A stretch of DNA of 64,000 nucleotides from an uncultured Clostridia bacterium (GTDB lineage: Bacteria > Bacillota > Clostridia > Tissierellales > DATGTQ01), in contig CAYUTQ010000003.1 in the NCBI GenBank assembly GCA_964447805.1, forward strand, positions 2,402 to 66,401, read 5' to 3'. Below are positions 1 through 8,992 of this stretch, piece after piece. Position numbers and translations under genes: made by a program. The notes below the pieces were generated by a model. That model was not told the origin of the DNA and did no database searches. It saw only the letters and a list, made by a program, of their open reading frames with translations. Within the stretch, counting starts at the first letter, position 1. The number at the start of each line of letters is the position of its first letter.

Positions 1-1
1 A

Positions 2-1681
2 AAAAAAGAACTTGAGGAAATGGCTAACATTTGCAAACATGTTCCAGCAAATGCTCCAAGAACTTATTGGGAAGCTCTTCAACATTATTGGTTTGTTCAT
101 GTAGGAGTTGTATACGAAACAAACCCATGGGATTCTTTTAATCCTGGTCGTATTGATCAACATTTAAATCCTTTTTATCAAAAAGATGTGAAAGAAGGCA
201 GATTATCAAGAGAAAGAGCAAAAGAAATTCTTGAGGCATTTTGGATTAAATTTAATAACCAACCTGCTGTTCCTAAAGTTGGCGTTACAGCTCAAGAAAG
301 TTTCACATACAATGATTTTACCAAAATTAATGTTGGAGGTTTAAAAGAAGATGGCTCTGATGGTGTTAATGATATTTCTTATTTGGTTCTAGAAGTCTTA
401 GATGAAATGCGAACTTTACAGCCAAATACAGCTGTTCAATATAGTGATAAAAATCCTGAGCATTTTATTAGAAAAGCATTAGAAGTAGTAGGACCAGGAT
501 TTGGAGAGCCACCATTCTTTAATTTTGATGGAGTTATAACTAAAATGCTTAGACAAGGTAAAAGTTTGGAAGATGCACGAACTTCTGGAGTTAGTGGTTG
601 TGTAGAAACTGGTGCTTTTGGAAAAGAATCTTATGTTTTAACAGGATACTTTAATTTAACTAAAATATTTGAAATTACTTTAAATAATGGTGTAGATCCA
701 AAAACAGGGAAAAAACTAGGTATAGAAACAGGAGATCCTAGAGAATTTAAAACTTATGAAGAACTTTGGGAAGCTTTTATTAAACAAGTAAAGCATTTTG
801 CAGATATTAAGATGAGAGGAAATGATCTTATAGAATCAATTTATGCAAAACATTTCCCAGTTCCTTTTATATCTCTATGGATTGATGATTGTGTTAAAAA
901 TGCTCGAGATTATAATTCAGGAGGAGCAAGATATAATACTCAGTATGTGCAAGTTGTAGGATTAGGTACTCTTACGTATAGTTTAACTTCAATAAAATAT
1001 CATGTTTATGATAAGAAAAATATGTCCATAGATGAACTTCTTGAAGCTCTTGAGAAAAATTTTGAGGGTGAACATGAGATAAAAAGGCAGATGTTCTTAA
1101 ATAAGACACCAATATATGGTGAAGATCTTGATTATACTGATGAAATTGCAAAGGAAATTGTGGATAGTATTGTAGAAATAATTGAAAGTTATCCACAATC
1201 TCCTGTACGAAAAGCATCAAAACGAGTTTACTTTTTACCTACAACAGTTCATGTGTACTTTGGGAAAGTGACTGGTGCAACACCTGATGGAAGGAAAGCA
1301 GGTAAACCACTTTCTGAAGGTATTTCTCCAGTTCAAGGTTCGGACAAAAAGGGAGTAGCAGCAGTTTTCAGATCTATTTCTAAATGTGATTGGGACAAAA
1401 CAGGAGGAGGTTTACTCAATCAAAAACTTACACCAGATTTATTAAATGATAAAGAAAATATCCAAAAGGTTTCACAGCTTATAAAGTCATTTTTCAATAT
1501 GGGAGGACATCATGTTCAATTTAATGTAGTAAGTGTTGAATTACTTAAAGAAGCACAAAAACGTCCTAAAGATTTCCAAGATCTAATGGTAAGAGTTGCA
1601 GGATATAGTGATTATTTTGTTAACTTACCTAAGGGATTGCAAGATGAAATAATAGCAAGGACTGAACAAAAAGAAGTATAA
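2..1681 (+). CDS. Glycyl radical enzyme, C-terminal ~560 aa (5' end cut by window edge); Cys-x-Glu dehydratase/lyase class, substrate not assignable
   Basis: The frame is open from nt 2 (KKELEE precedes the first Met at 20). Glycyl-radical fingerprint RVAGYSDYF lies near the C-terminus. The thiyl loop is GVSGCVETG (GCVE type, not the Cys-Cys of PflB). The cognate activase follows directly. Confidence 0.9.
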   Translation, partial: KKELEEMANICKHVPANAPRTYWEALQHYWFVHVGVVYETNPWDSFNPGRIDQHLNPFYQKDVKEGRLSRERAKEILEAFWIKFNNQPAVPKVGVTAQESFTYNDFTKINVGGLKEDGSDGVNDISYLVLEVLDEMRTLQPNTAVQYSDKNPEHFIRKALEVVGPGFGEPPFFNFDGVITKMLRQGKSLEDARTSGVSGCVETGAFGKESYVLTGYFNLTKIFEITLNNGVDPKTGKKLGIETGDPREFKTYEELWEAFIKQVKHFADIKMRGNDLIESIYAKHFPVPFISLWIDDCVKNARDYNSGGARYNTQYVQVVGLGTLTYSLTSIKYHVYDKKNMSIDELLEALEKNFEGEHEIKRQMFLNKTPIYGEDLDYTDEIAKEIVDSIVEIIESYPQSPVRKASKRVYFLPTTVHVYFGKVTGATPDGRKAGKPLSEGISPVQGSDKKGVAAVFRSISKCDWDKTGGGLLNQKLTPDLLNDKENIQKVSQLIKSFFNMGGHHVQFNVVSVELLKEAQKRPKDFQDLMVRVAGYSDYFVNLPKGLQDEIIARTEQKEV

Positions 1682-1716
1682 TAAAATTGTAGCAAAATTG
1701 GAAGGTGGTTATTAAA

Positions 1717-2622
1717 ATGACTTGCAGAGGCACTGTATTTGATATAAAAAGATTTGCTGTTCATGATGGGCCTGGAATTAGAACTACAGTATTTCTCAAA
1801 GGTTGTCCTCTAAGATGTTGGTGGTGTCACAATCCTGAGGGTATTTCAGCAAAACCTGATCTTATGTATTTTGAAATTAAATGTATCCAATGTAAAATGT
1901 GTGTTGATAGTTGCCCTATAAATGCTATAACATTTGAAAAAAATGCTCCAATTATCGATCGTCAAATTTGTGATTATTGTGGGAAATGTACTGAAGTTTG
2001 TCCCACTGGAGCTTTAAAACTTATTGGTAGTGAATTTACTGTTGAAGAACTTATTCAGGAAATTGAGAAGGATATTTTGCTTTATGATAACTCAGGTGGA
2101 GGTGTTACTTTTTCAGGTGGTGACCCATTGTACCAACATCAATTTTTAAAAGAAGTATTACAGGAATGTAAAAAGAAAGGCATCCATACAGTATTAGATA
2201 CATCTGGTTGTGCTCCTAAAGAAATATTTTTCTCTGTAGCAGAATATGTTGATTTATTTTTATATGATCTCAAACTTTTTGATACTGAAAAACACAAAAA
2301 ATATACTGGGGTTTCTAATCATTTTATCAAAGAAAATTTAAAAGGATTAACAGAGATAGGTAGGGGTAAAGATGTTATTTTACGTTTTCCTGTAATAACT
2401 GGAATAACTGATACAGAAGAAAATATCAGTGAACTTGTGGAATTTGTTTCATCTTTAAAGGATATAAAAGAAATTAATTTACTCCCTTTCCATGATGTAA
2501 GTGAAAAGTATAAGAGGCTTGATTTAGACTATAAAATGCCTGTTCAACATGCACCATCAAAGGAAAAGTTAAAATTTATAAAAGAAAGTTTTGAAAAGAT
2601 AGGACTTTACGTTAAAGTTTAA
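1717..2622 (+). CDS. Glycyl radical enzyme activating enzyme (radical SAM)
   Basis: CPLRCWWCHNPE is a CxxxCxxC radical-SAM cluster. Two ferredoxin-type motifs are present (CIQCKMCVDSCP, CDYCGKCTEVCP). The GGAAGGTGG RBS favours ATG 1717 over the track GTG 1705. Confidence 0.9.
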   Translation: MTCRGTVFDIKRFAVHDGPGIRTTVFLKGCPLRCWWCHNPEGISAKPDLMYFEIKCIQCKMCVDSCPINAITFEKNAPIIDRQICDYCGKCTEVCPTGALKLIGSEFTVEELIQEIEKDILLYDNSGGGVTFSGGDPLYQHQFLKEVLQECKKKGIHTVLDTSGCAPKEIFFSVAEYVDLFLYDLKLFDTEKHKKYTGVSNHFIKENLKGLTEIGRGKDVILRFPVITGITDTEENISELVEFVSSLKDIKEINLLPFHDVSEKYKRLDLDYKMPVQHAPSKEKLKFIKESFEKIGLYVKV

Positions 2623-2632
2623 AGAAAACCAC

Positions 2633-2676
2633 GGGACGCTTTGCTTAGTAGGTAAACTCATTAAGCAAAGCGTCCC
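2633..2676 (+). terminator. Hairpin terminator after the GRE activase
   Basis: 15-bp perfect GC-containing stem GGGACGCTTTGCTTA (2633-2647) / TAAGCAAAGCGTCCC (2662-2676). The trailing T-run is weak. Confidence 0.6.
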
Positions 2677-2684
2677 ATAGTTTA

Positions 2685-2713
2685 TTGATAAATTTTTGCT
2701 ATAATGTTATAAT
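2685..2713 (+). promoter_or_regulatory. Sigma-A type promoter of the rib operon
   Basis: TTGATA (2685-2690), 17-nt spacer, TATAAT (2708-2713), preceded by TGt (extended -10). Confidence 0.7.
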
Positions 2714-2724
2714 ATAGAAAAACA

Positions 2725-2838
2725 TATTACTTCAGGGTTAGGTGAAATTCCTTACCGGTGGTAAAGCCCACGAGCCTTTTTGGCAGATTCGGTGAAATTC
2801 CGAAGCCGACAGTATAGTCTGGATGAAAGAAGGTATTT
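2725..2838 (+). promoter_or_regulatory. FMN riboswitch (RFN element) aptamer
   Basis: Characteristic RFN strings: CTTCAGGGTTAGGTGAAATTCCTTACCGGTGGTAAAGCCCACGAGCC ... GGCAGATTCGGTGAAATTCCGAAGCCGACAGTATAGTCTGGATGAAAGAAGG. It sits directly upstream of ribD. Confidence 0.93.
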
Positions 2839-2861
2839 ATATATAGTGGAGATGTTTAATT

Positions 2862-2895
2862 AAGCCCTGAATTTTATTTCAGGGCTTTTAATTTT
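2862..2895 (+). terminator. FMN riboswitch expression-platform terminator
   Basis: 10-bp stem AAGCCCTGAA (2862-2871) / TTCAGGGCTT (2878-2887) followed by TTAATTTT. CCCTGAA can alternatively pair with the P1 5' strand TTCAGGG (2731-2737) as an antiterminator. Confidence 0.85.
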
Positions 2896-2906
2896 GGAGG
2901 GATTTT

Positions 2907-3998
2907 ATGAGGGATGAATATTTTATGAAGACTGCTCTAGGTATTGCAGAAAAAGGAATAGGATTTACAAATCCGAATCCTCTTGTAGGAGCAATAGTTG
3001 TAAAGCATGGAAAGATAATAGCTAAAGGTTATCATGAAAAGTATGGTGAAAATCATGCTGAAATTAATGCATTAAATACTGCAATAGAAAGTGTATCAGG
3101 TGCTACCATGTATGTTACTTTAGAACCTTGTTCCCATTTTGGGAAAACGCCTCCTTGTGTAAATAAAATAATAGAAAGTGGAATAAAAAAAGTAGTTATA
3201 GCAATGGAAGATCCTAATCCTAGGATTTCAGGAAATGGAGTAAAAATATTGAAAGAAAATGGAATAGAAGTAAAGGTTGGTATTTTAAGAAAGAAAGCAG
3301 AAAAATTAAATGAAATATTTATTAAATATATAAGTATGGGAAGACCATTTACTATTATGAAAGTAGGAATGAGTTTAGATGGAAAGATAGCAACTTATAC
3401 AGGAGAATCAAAGTGGATAACTGGGGAAAAATCAAGGGAATATGGGCATCTATTGAGACAAAAAGTTTCAGCTATATTAGTAGGAGTAAATACAATTATA
3501 ATGGATAATCCTCTATTGAATATAAGACTTGATAAAATTCAATGCAATGATCCTATAAGAATTGTACTAGATAGTTATGGTAGAACACCTCTTACATCAA
3601 AAGTGTTAAATATAAATCCTTTTAATACTATTATTGTGGTAACTAATGTTGCACCAATAAAAAACATAAAAGCTTTCAAAAAAAAGGGAGCAAAAGTTAT
3701 TGTAACTCCAACTAAAAATGGAATGGTAGATTTACAATTTCTTATGGATGAGTTAGGAAAAAAAGAAATAGATAGTTTACTTATTGAGGGAGGTGGAAGA
3801 GTAAACTTTAGTTTTCTAAAGGAAAATTTAGTGGATAAAGTTGTATTTTTTATAGCTCCTAAAATAATTGGAGGCAGAAATGCTAAGACTCCTGTAGAGG
3901 GAGAAGGTATAGCTTATTTAGAAAAGGTTATAAATTTAAAAAATTTGGAGGTGCATAATTTGGCAGAGGATATAAGAGTTGAAGGATATATAAAATAG
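2907..3998 (+). CDS. ribD: Bifunctional riboflavin biosynthesis deaminase/reductase RibD
   Basis: Deaminase zinc motif HAEINAL...PCSHFGKTPPC plus a C-terminal reductase domain. GGAGGG RBS lies 5 nt upstream. First gene after the FMN riboswitch. Confidence 0.93.
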   Translation: MRDEYFMKTALGIAEKGIGFTNPNPLVGAIVVKHGKIIAKGYHEKYGENHAEINALNTAIESVSGATMYVTLEPCSHFGKTPPCVNKIIESGIKKVVIAMEDPNPRISGNGVKILKENGIEVKVGILRKKAEKLNEIFIKYISMGRPFTIMKVGMSLDGKIATYTGESKWITGEKSREYGHLLRQKVSAILVGVNTIIMDNPLLNIRLDKIQCNDPIRIVLDSYGRTPLTSKVLNINPFNTIIVVTNVAPIKNIKAFKKKGAKVIVTPTKNGMVDLQFLMDELGKKEIDSLLIEGGGRVNFSFLKENLVDKVVFFIAPKIIGGRNAKTPVEGEGIAYLEKVINLKNLEVHNLAEDIRVEGYIK

Positions 3999-4010
3999 GA
4001 AGGTGATTTG

Positions 4011-4658
4011 GTGTTTACAGGACTTGTAGAGGAAGTGGGAGTAGTTCAAGATATAGTGATAAAAAACAAAATGTGGATTATTACTTTTAATTGTAATAAA
4101 ATTATTGAAGGAATATCCATAAGTGATAGTATAGCTGTGAATGGAGTATGTCTGACAGTAAAAGAATTTGATAAAAAATCATTTAAATCAGATGTAATGT
4201 TTGAAACTATAAAGAAAACTAATATAAGATTTTTGAAAATTGGAAGTATTGTAAATTTAGAGAGAGCATTGAAAATAGGAGATAAGTTGGGAGGACATAT
4301 TGTATTTGGACATGTAGATGGAGTAGGTATTATAGAAGAGTTCAAAAAAGAGGGTAATGTTATATGGATAAGTATATCTGCTACTAAAGAGATATTGAAA
4401 TACATAGTTTATAAAGGATCTGTTGTTATAGATGGAATAAGTCTCACTGTAGGATATGTAGATGAAGAGAAATTCAAAATTTCTATTATTCCTCATACTG
4501 GACAAGAGACTACATTAATAAAGAAGAATAAAAAAGATTTAGTTAATATTGAATGTGACATAATAGGTAAATATGTTGAAAGATTTTTAAAATTTGAGGA
4601 TGTAGAAAAGAAAACTAAAATAGATATAGCTTTTTTAAAAAATAATGGTTTTATTTAG
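4011..4658 (+). CDS. ribE: Riboflavin synthase alpha chain
   Basis: N-terminus (M)FTGLVEEVG is typical of riboflavin synthase, and the internal lumazine-binding repeat is duplicated. GTG 4011 fits the GGAAGGTG RBS better than the track TTG 4008. Confidence 0.92.
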   Translation: MFTGLVEEVGVVQDIVIKNKMWIITFNCNKIIEGISISDSIAVNGVCLTVKEFDKKSFKSDVMFETIKKTNIRFLKIGSIVNLERALKIGDKLGGHIVFGHVDGVGIIEEFKKEGNVIWISISATKEILKYIVYKGSVVIDGISLTVGYVDEEKFKISIIPHTGQETTLIKKNKKDLVNIECDIIGKYVERFLKFEDVEKKTKIDIAFLKNNGFI

Positions 4659-4667
4659 GAGGGAGCA

Positions 4668-5873
4668 ATGTTGAGTAAGTTTAATACTATAGAAGAGGCT
4701 TTGGAAGAAATAAGAAGTGGTAATTTTGTAATAGTAATTGATGATGAAGATAGAGAAAATGAAGGGGATTTGGCATTAGCTGCAGAAAAAGTGACAGATA
4801 AAAAGATAAATTTTATGACTAAATATGCTAGGGGATTAATTTGTATGCCTGTAATAGAAAAAAGATTGAAAGAGCTTAATATAGAACAAATGGTAAGTGA
4901 AAATACTGATAGTAATGAAACAGCTTTTACTGTTTCTATAGATTACAAAGGAACTACTACAGGAATTTCAGCGGGAGATAGGGCTTTAACTGTAAAAAAA
5001 GTAATAGATTCTAGTATTAGTGGAGAAGATTTTAGACGTCCAGGGCATGTTTTCCCTTTAAAAGGGAAAGAAGGAGGGGTATTAAAAAGGGCTGGTCATA
5101 CAGAAGCTTCTATAGATTTAGCTAGGTTGGCAGGTTTATATCCTGCAGGAGTGATTTGTGAAATAATGAATGATGATGGAACTATGGCAAGAACTCCACA
5201 ACTTATAGAGTATGCTAAAAAATTTGATATTAAAATAATAACCATTGCTGATTTGATAGCTTATAGAAGAAAAAACGAAAAATTAGTAACTAAGGTTTCA
5301 GAAGCTAACCTTCCTACTATTTATGGTGATTTTAAAGTTATAGTATTTGTAAATGAGATAAAGGGAGAGCATCATGTAGCACTAGTTAAAGGAGATATAA
5401 AGGAGGATGAACCAGTTTTGGTAAGGGTTCACTCTGAATGTTTGACAGGGGATGTATTTGGATCATTAAGATGTGATTGTGGAGATCAGCTTCAAGAGGC
5501 TTTGAAAAGAATAAATCAAGAGGGAAGAGGAATTCTTCTATATATGAGACAAGAAGGAAGAGGAATAGGTTTTATAGATAAAATAAAAGCTTATAGACTT
5601 CAAGAAAAAGGTTTGGATACAGTAGAGGCTAATTTAGCTTTAGGGTATCCAGAAGATTTAAGAGATTATGGTATAGGTGCTCAAATATTATTTAATCTTG
5701 GAGCAAAAAAAATAAAATTAATGACTAATAATCCTAAAAAAATTCATGGATTATCTGGTTATGGATTGGAAATAGTTGAAAGAGTGCCAATAGAAATAAA
5801 TCCTAATACAAAAGATTATTTTTATTTAAAAACTAAGAAAGATAAAATGGGGCATATATTGAATATAAAATAG
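4668..5873 (+). CDS. ribBA: Bifunctional DHBP synthase / GTP cyclohydrolase II
   Basis: DHBP synthase motif [10 protein letters not shown], and GCH-II zinc motif [18 protein letters not shown]. Confidence 0.95.
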   Translation: MLSKFNTIEEALEEIRSGNFVIVIDDEDRENEGDLALAAEKVTDKKINFMTKYARGLICMPVIEKRLKELNIEQMVSENTDSNETAFTVSIDYKGTTTGISAGDRALTVKKVIDSSISGEDFRRPGHVFPLKGKEGGVLKRAGHTEASIDLARLAGLYPAGVICEIMNDDGTMARTPQLIEYAKKFDIKIITIADLIAYRRKNEKLVTKVSEANLPTIYGDFKVIVFVNEIKGEHHVALVKGDIKEDEPVLVRVHSECLTGDVFGSLRCDCGDQLQEALKRINQEGRGILLYMRQEGRGIGFIDKIKAYRLQEKGLDTVEANLALGYPEDLRDYGIGAQILFNLGAKKIKLMTNNPKKIHGLSGYGLEIVERVPIEINPNTKDYFYLKTKKDKMGHILNIK

Positions 5874-5886
5874 AGGAGATGAAAAA

Positions 5887-6351
5887 ATGAAAATTTATGA
5901 GGGAAATTTAATTGCTAAAGGTTTTAAGTTTGCTATTGTAGTAGGAAGATTTAATGAATTTATAGGTAGTAAACTATTGTCTGGTTCTATAGACGGATTA
6001 AAAAGACATGGGGCCAAAGAAGATGATATAGAAATTATATGGGTTCCAGGAGCATTTGAAATTCCGTTAGTTGCTAAGAAATTAGCTGAAGCTAATAGAT
6101 ATGATGCAGTAATTTGTCTTGGTGCAGTGATAAGAGGTTTAACTCCTCATTTTGATTATATATCAAGTGAGGTTTCGAAAGGAATAGCTAAAGTTTCTTT
6201 AGATACTGAAACACCTATTATATTTGGAGTACTTACAACAGACAATATAGAACAAGCTATTGAAAGAGCAGGGACTAAAAGTGGAAATAAAGGGTATGAT
6301 GCAGCAGTAACAGCAATAGAAATGGTAAATTTGTTAACAAATTTACCATAG
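5887..6351 (+). CDS. ribH: 6,7-dimethyl-8-ribityllumazine synthase
   Basis: 154 aa. Contains [12 protein letters not shown] and WVPGAFEIP motifs. Last gene of the rib operon. Confidence 0.95.
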   Translation: MKIYEGNLIAKGFKFAIVVGRFNEFIGSKLLSGSIDGLKRHGAKEDDIEIIWVPGAFEIPLVAKKLAEANRYDAVICLGAVIRGLTPHFDYISSEVSKGIAKVSLDTETPIIFGVLTTDNIEQAIERAGTKSGNKGYDAAVTAIEMVNLLTNLP

Positions 6352-6352
6352 G

Positions 6353-6486
6353 AATAGTTCGGAATTACTGAAAAAATATTTAATTTGTCATTCTGAGCAT
6401 GAGTGAAGAATCTCTAAGTGGCACAAAATTAAGGCTCTTCACCTTCAGTTCAGGATGACAACTTGATTTTTTTAATAGTTCCGGAA
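6353..6486 (+). repeat. Direct-repeat-flanked long imperfect hairpin element (MITE/REP-like), doubling as the ribH terminator
   Basis: Flanking repeats are AATAGTTCGGAA (6353-6364) and AATAGTTCCGGAA (6474-6486). Between them is a ~77-nt hairpin at 6385-6461. Its outer stem is 14 bp (TTGTCATTCTGAGC / GTTCAGGATGACAA) and its inner stem is GTGAAGA / TCTTCAC. A T-run follows at 6467-6473. Confidence 0.6.
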
Positions 6487-6693
6487 CAGTTCATTTGGCA
6501 GATTTAAAAATGACTAGGATAATTTTTATATTCATGATATAATTTAAAGGAGTGTATTTTACTTAACTAGTGTATAAAAAGTTTTAAAAGGGAGATATTA
6601 TTTTTGATAAAAAGGTTTTAAAAGGAATTTTAAAACTTTTATAGAATAATAATTCATGAAAAATAAAAATGCTCGCTAAGGGGGAAAGGTATA

Positions 6694-8757
6694 ATGAAAG
6701 TGTACAAAACAGATGATATTAGGAATGTAGCTTTAATTGGTCATGCTGGTAGTGGTAAAACAACATTAACAGAGGCATTACTTTTTGTAACAGGTATTAC
6801 AAAAAGGCAGGGAAGAGTAGAAGATGGAAATACTATGTCTGATTTTGATGAAGAAGAAATTTCAAGACAAGTGTCTATTGGAACATCTGTAATTCCCGTG
6901 GAATGGAACAATATTAAATATAATTTTTTGGATACTCCTGGTTATTTTGATTTTGCAGGAGAAATGTATGGAGCATTAAGGGCAAGTGAAGGATCAATAT
7001 TAGTAGTAGATGCTTCATCAGGTGTAGAAGTAGGTACTGAAAAAAATTGGAAGTATACAGAAGACAACAATATTCCCAAAATTATATTTGTAAATAAGAT
7101 GGATAAAGAAAATGTCAATTTTGAAAAGGTATTTAATCAATTAAAAGATTGTTTTGGAGATAATATAGTACCATTTACACTACCAATAGGGCAAGCAGAA
7201 AATTTTAAAGGAATTGTAAATATTATTGAGCAAGAAGCTATAGAATACAATGGAAAAGATAGTACGAAAATTGATATACCTGGAGACCTAGAAAAAGAAG
7301 TAGAATGCATTAGAGAAGGATTAATGGAAAAAGTAGCAGAAACTGAAGAGAAATTATTAGAAAAATATTTTGAAGGAGAATCTTTTACTGATGAAGAGAT
7401 TCAAAGAGGATTGAAAAAATCCATAATAAATGGAGATTTAGTACCTCTATTAGTTGGTTCAGGAGAAAAGGATATAGGTATGGATGTATTATTAACTACA
7501 GTAGAGAAATATATACCAGCACCAAATGAAGTAGGAGTAAATATAGCCCTCAAAGACGATGAAGAAGTTGAAAGAAAAGTAGATGAAAACGAACCATTTT
7601 CAGCAATTGTATTTAAAACAATTGTGGACCCATTTGTAGGGAAATTAACTTTATTTAAAGTTTTATCAGGTAAAATAAGTAAGGATAGTAATATATATAA
7701 TTCAAATAAAAATGAATCTGAAAAACTTGGTGGTTTATTTGTATTGAGAGGAAAAGAGCAAATGAACATATCGGAAATAGTAGCAGGAGATATAGGAGCA
7801 ACTTCTAAATTACAATTTACTGAAACTGGACATACATTATGTGGTAAAGATAATCTAATTGTTTATGAAGATATTGAATTTCCAGAGCCTACGTTGTATC
7901 TTGCTATAGAACCAAAATCAAAGGGTGATGAGGAAAAGATAGGTACATCTTTATATAGATTGGCAGAAGAAGATCCAACTTTCAGAATAGAAAGAAATAA
8001 TGAAACTAAACAATTATTAATTGGCGGGCAAGGAAATATGCAAATAAGTGTAATTGTAGGAAAATTGAAAAATACTTTTGGAGTAGAAGTGGAGTTAGCG
8101 ACACCCAAAGTAGCTTATAGAGAAACAATTAAAGGAACCTCTAGTGTTCAAGGTAAACATAAGAAACAAAGTGGTGGTGCAGGTCAATATGGAGATGTTT
8201 ATATTAGATTTGAGCCTACAGATGAAGAATTTGTTTTTGATGAAGAAGTATTTGGTGGAGCTGTACCTAAACAATATTTTCCTGCTGTAGAAAAGGGATT
8301 AAAAGAGTCTATTTTACATGGCCCTCTTGCAGGGTATCCAGTTGTAAATGTAAAAGCTATATTGTTTGATGGTTCTTATCATCCTGTAGATTCAAATGAA
8401 ATGGCATTTAAGATAGCTGCATCTTTAGCTTTCAAAAAAGGTATGAAGGAAGCAAAACCTATCCTTCTTGAGCCTATAATGAAAGTTGAAGTGTTGGTCC
8501 CAGATGAATATATGGGGGATGTAATGGGAGACATGAATAAACGAAGAGGAAAAATATTGGGTATGGAACCTCAAAAAGATGGGCAACAACTAGTTATAGC
8601 AGAAGCACCACAATCAGAATTATTTGAATATGCTATTGATTTAAAAAGTATGACTCAAGCAAGAGGAAGTTTCAATATGGAATTTGTAAGATATGAAGAA
8701 GTTCCATCTAATATAAGTGAAAAGATAATAGAAGAGGCAGAGAAGGAAAAAGAATAG
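6694..8757 (+). CDS. EF-G paralogue (EF-G2-like translational GTPase family protein), non-canonical G motifs
   Basis: 687 aa and collinear with FusA of this window through all five domains. P-loop GHAGSGKTT, switch II DTPGYFDF (Tyr where trGTPases have the catalytic His), NKMD retained. RBS is AAGGGGGAAAGG. Confidence 0.9.
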   Translation: MKVYKTDDIRNVALIGHAGSGKTTLTEALLFVTGITKRQGRVEDGNTMSDFDEEEISRQVSIGTSVIPVEWNNIKYNFLDTPGYFDFAGEMYGALRASEGSILVVDASSGVEVGTEKNWKYTEDNNIPKIIFVNKMDKENVNFEKVFNQLKDCFGDNIVPFTLPIGQAENFKGIVNIIEQEAIEYNGKDSTKIDIPGDLEKEVECIREGLMEKVAETEEKLLEKYFEGESFTDEEIQRGLKKSIINGDLVPLLVGSGEKDIGMDVLLTTVEKYIPAPNEVGVNIALKDDEEVERKVDENEPFSAIVFKTIVDPFVGKLTLFKVLSGKISKDSNIYNSNKNESEKLGGLFVLRGKEQMNISEIVAGDIGATSKLQFTETGHTLCGKDNLIVYEDIEFPEPTLYLAIEPKSKGDEEKIGTSLYRLAEEDPTFRIERNNETKQLLIGGQGNMQISVIVGKLKNTFGVEVELATPKVAYRETIKGTSSVQGKHKKQSGGAGQYGDVYIRFEPTDEEFVFDEEVFGGAVPKQYFPAVEKGLKESILHGPLAGYPVVNVKAILFDGSYHPVDSNEMAFKIAASLAFKKGMKEAKPILLEPIMKVEVLVPDEYMGDVMGDMNKRRGKILGMEPQKDGQQLVIAEAPQSELFEYAIDLKSMTQARGSFNMEFVRYEEVPSNISEKIIEEAEKEKE

Positions 8758-8760
8758 ATT

Positions 8761-8800
8761 AAAGGGGTCCAGCAGGAGTTGGGCCCTTTCCATTTAAGTT
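8761..8800 (+). terminator. Possible terminator after the EF-G paralogue
   Basis: Imperfect hairpin AAAGGGGTCC...GGGCCCTTT followed by a T-rich tract. The stem has internal mismatches. Confidence 0.4.
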
Positions 8801-8955
8801 TTTTATAGATATAGGGATAATATTTAGAAAAACATAGTAATATTGTGATATACATATATATTTGAATTAAACTAGATATATTGTTTTATAATCGTGATTA
8901 ATTGGTTAATATAACTATTGTAAAAATTTGTGATATGATAGAAAATAAAAACAAA

Positions 8956-8978
8956 GGACAAAGAAAGTCAAAGTCAAT
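8956..8978 (+). promoter_or_regulatory. CtsR operator (heptad direct repeats)
   Basis: GGACAAA-GAA-AGTCAAA-GTCAAT matches the (A/G)GTCAAA-NAN-(A/G)GTCAAA consensus with one mismatch, plus a third partial heptad. It lies 15 nt upstream of the ctsR start. Confidence 0.8.
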
Positions 8979-8992
8979 AGAGGTGATAAATT

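Noticed and set aside
972-1220. Other antisense or alternate-frame track ORFs nested in strong genes. Examples: 972-1220, 4046-4405, 4257-4505, 7401-7769, 7863-8108, 14853-15110, 18826-19110, 24197-24409, 24584-24853, 25106-25297, 27097-27309, 27557-27844, 35001-35309, 35604-35795, 37963-38416, 39395-39595, 41795-42031, 46193-46461, 47417-47680, 48064-48327, 49708-50182, 50175-50697, 51609-51800, 52653-52841, 54819-55096, 55507-55906, 58513-59079, 60223-60676, 61839-62108, 63520-63735.
   Set aside because: All overlap well-supported CDSs on the opposite strand or in another frame. They lack SD sequences and have AT-rich low-complexity translations, as expected by chance in AT-rich DNA.
6573-6643. 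Long AT-only hairpin (TATAAAAAGTTTTAAAA / TTTTAAAACTTTTATA) in the leader of the EF-G paralogue.
   Set aside because: It is composed almost entirely of A/T homopolymer runs, so self-complementarity is expected from low complexity. There is no T-run terminator context. Not reportable without conservation data.
6656-6679. 7-codon uORF (MKNKNAR) ending 1 nt before the SD sequence of the EF-G paralogue, considered as a possible leader peptide like those of ribosome-targeting resistance genes.
   Set aside because: No SD sequence lies upstream of its ATG. An A-rich 7-codon ORF is expected by chance in this composition, and no alternative terminator/antiterminator structures are linked to it.
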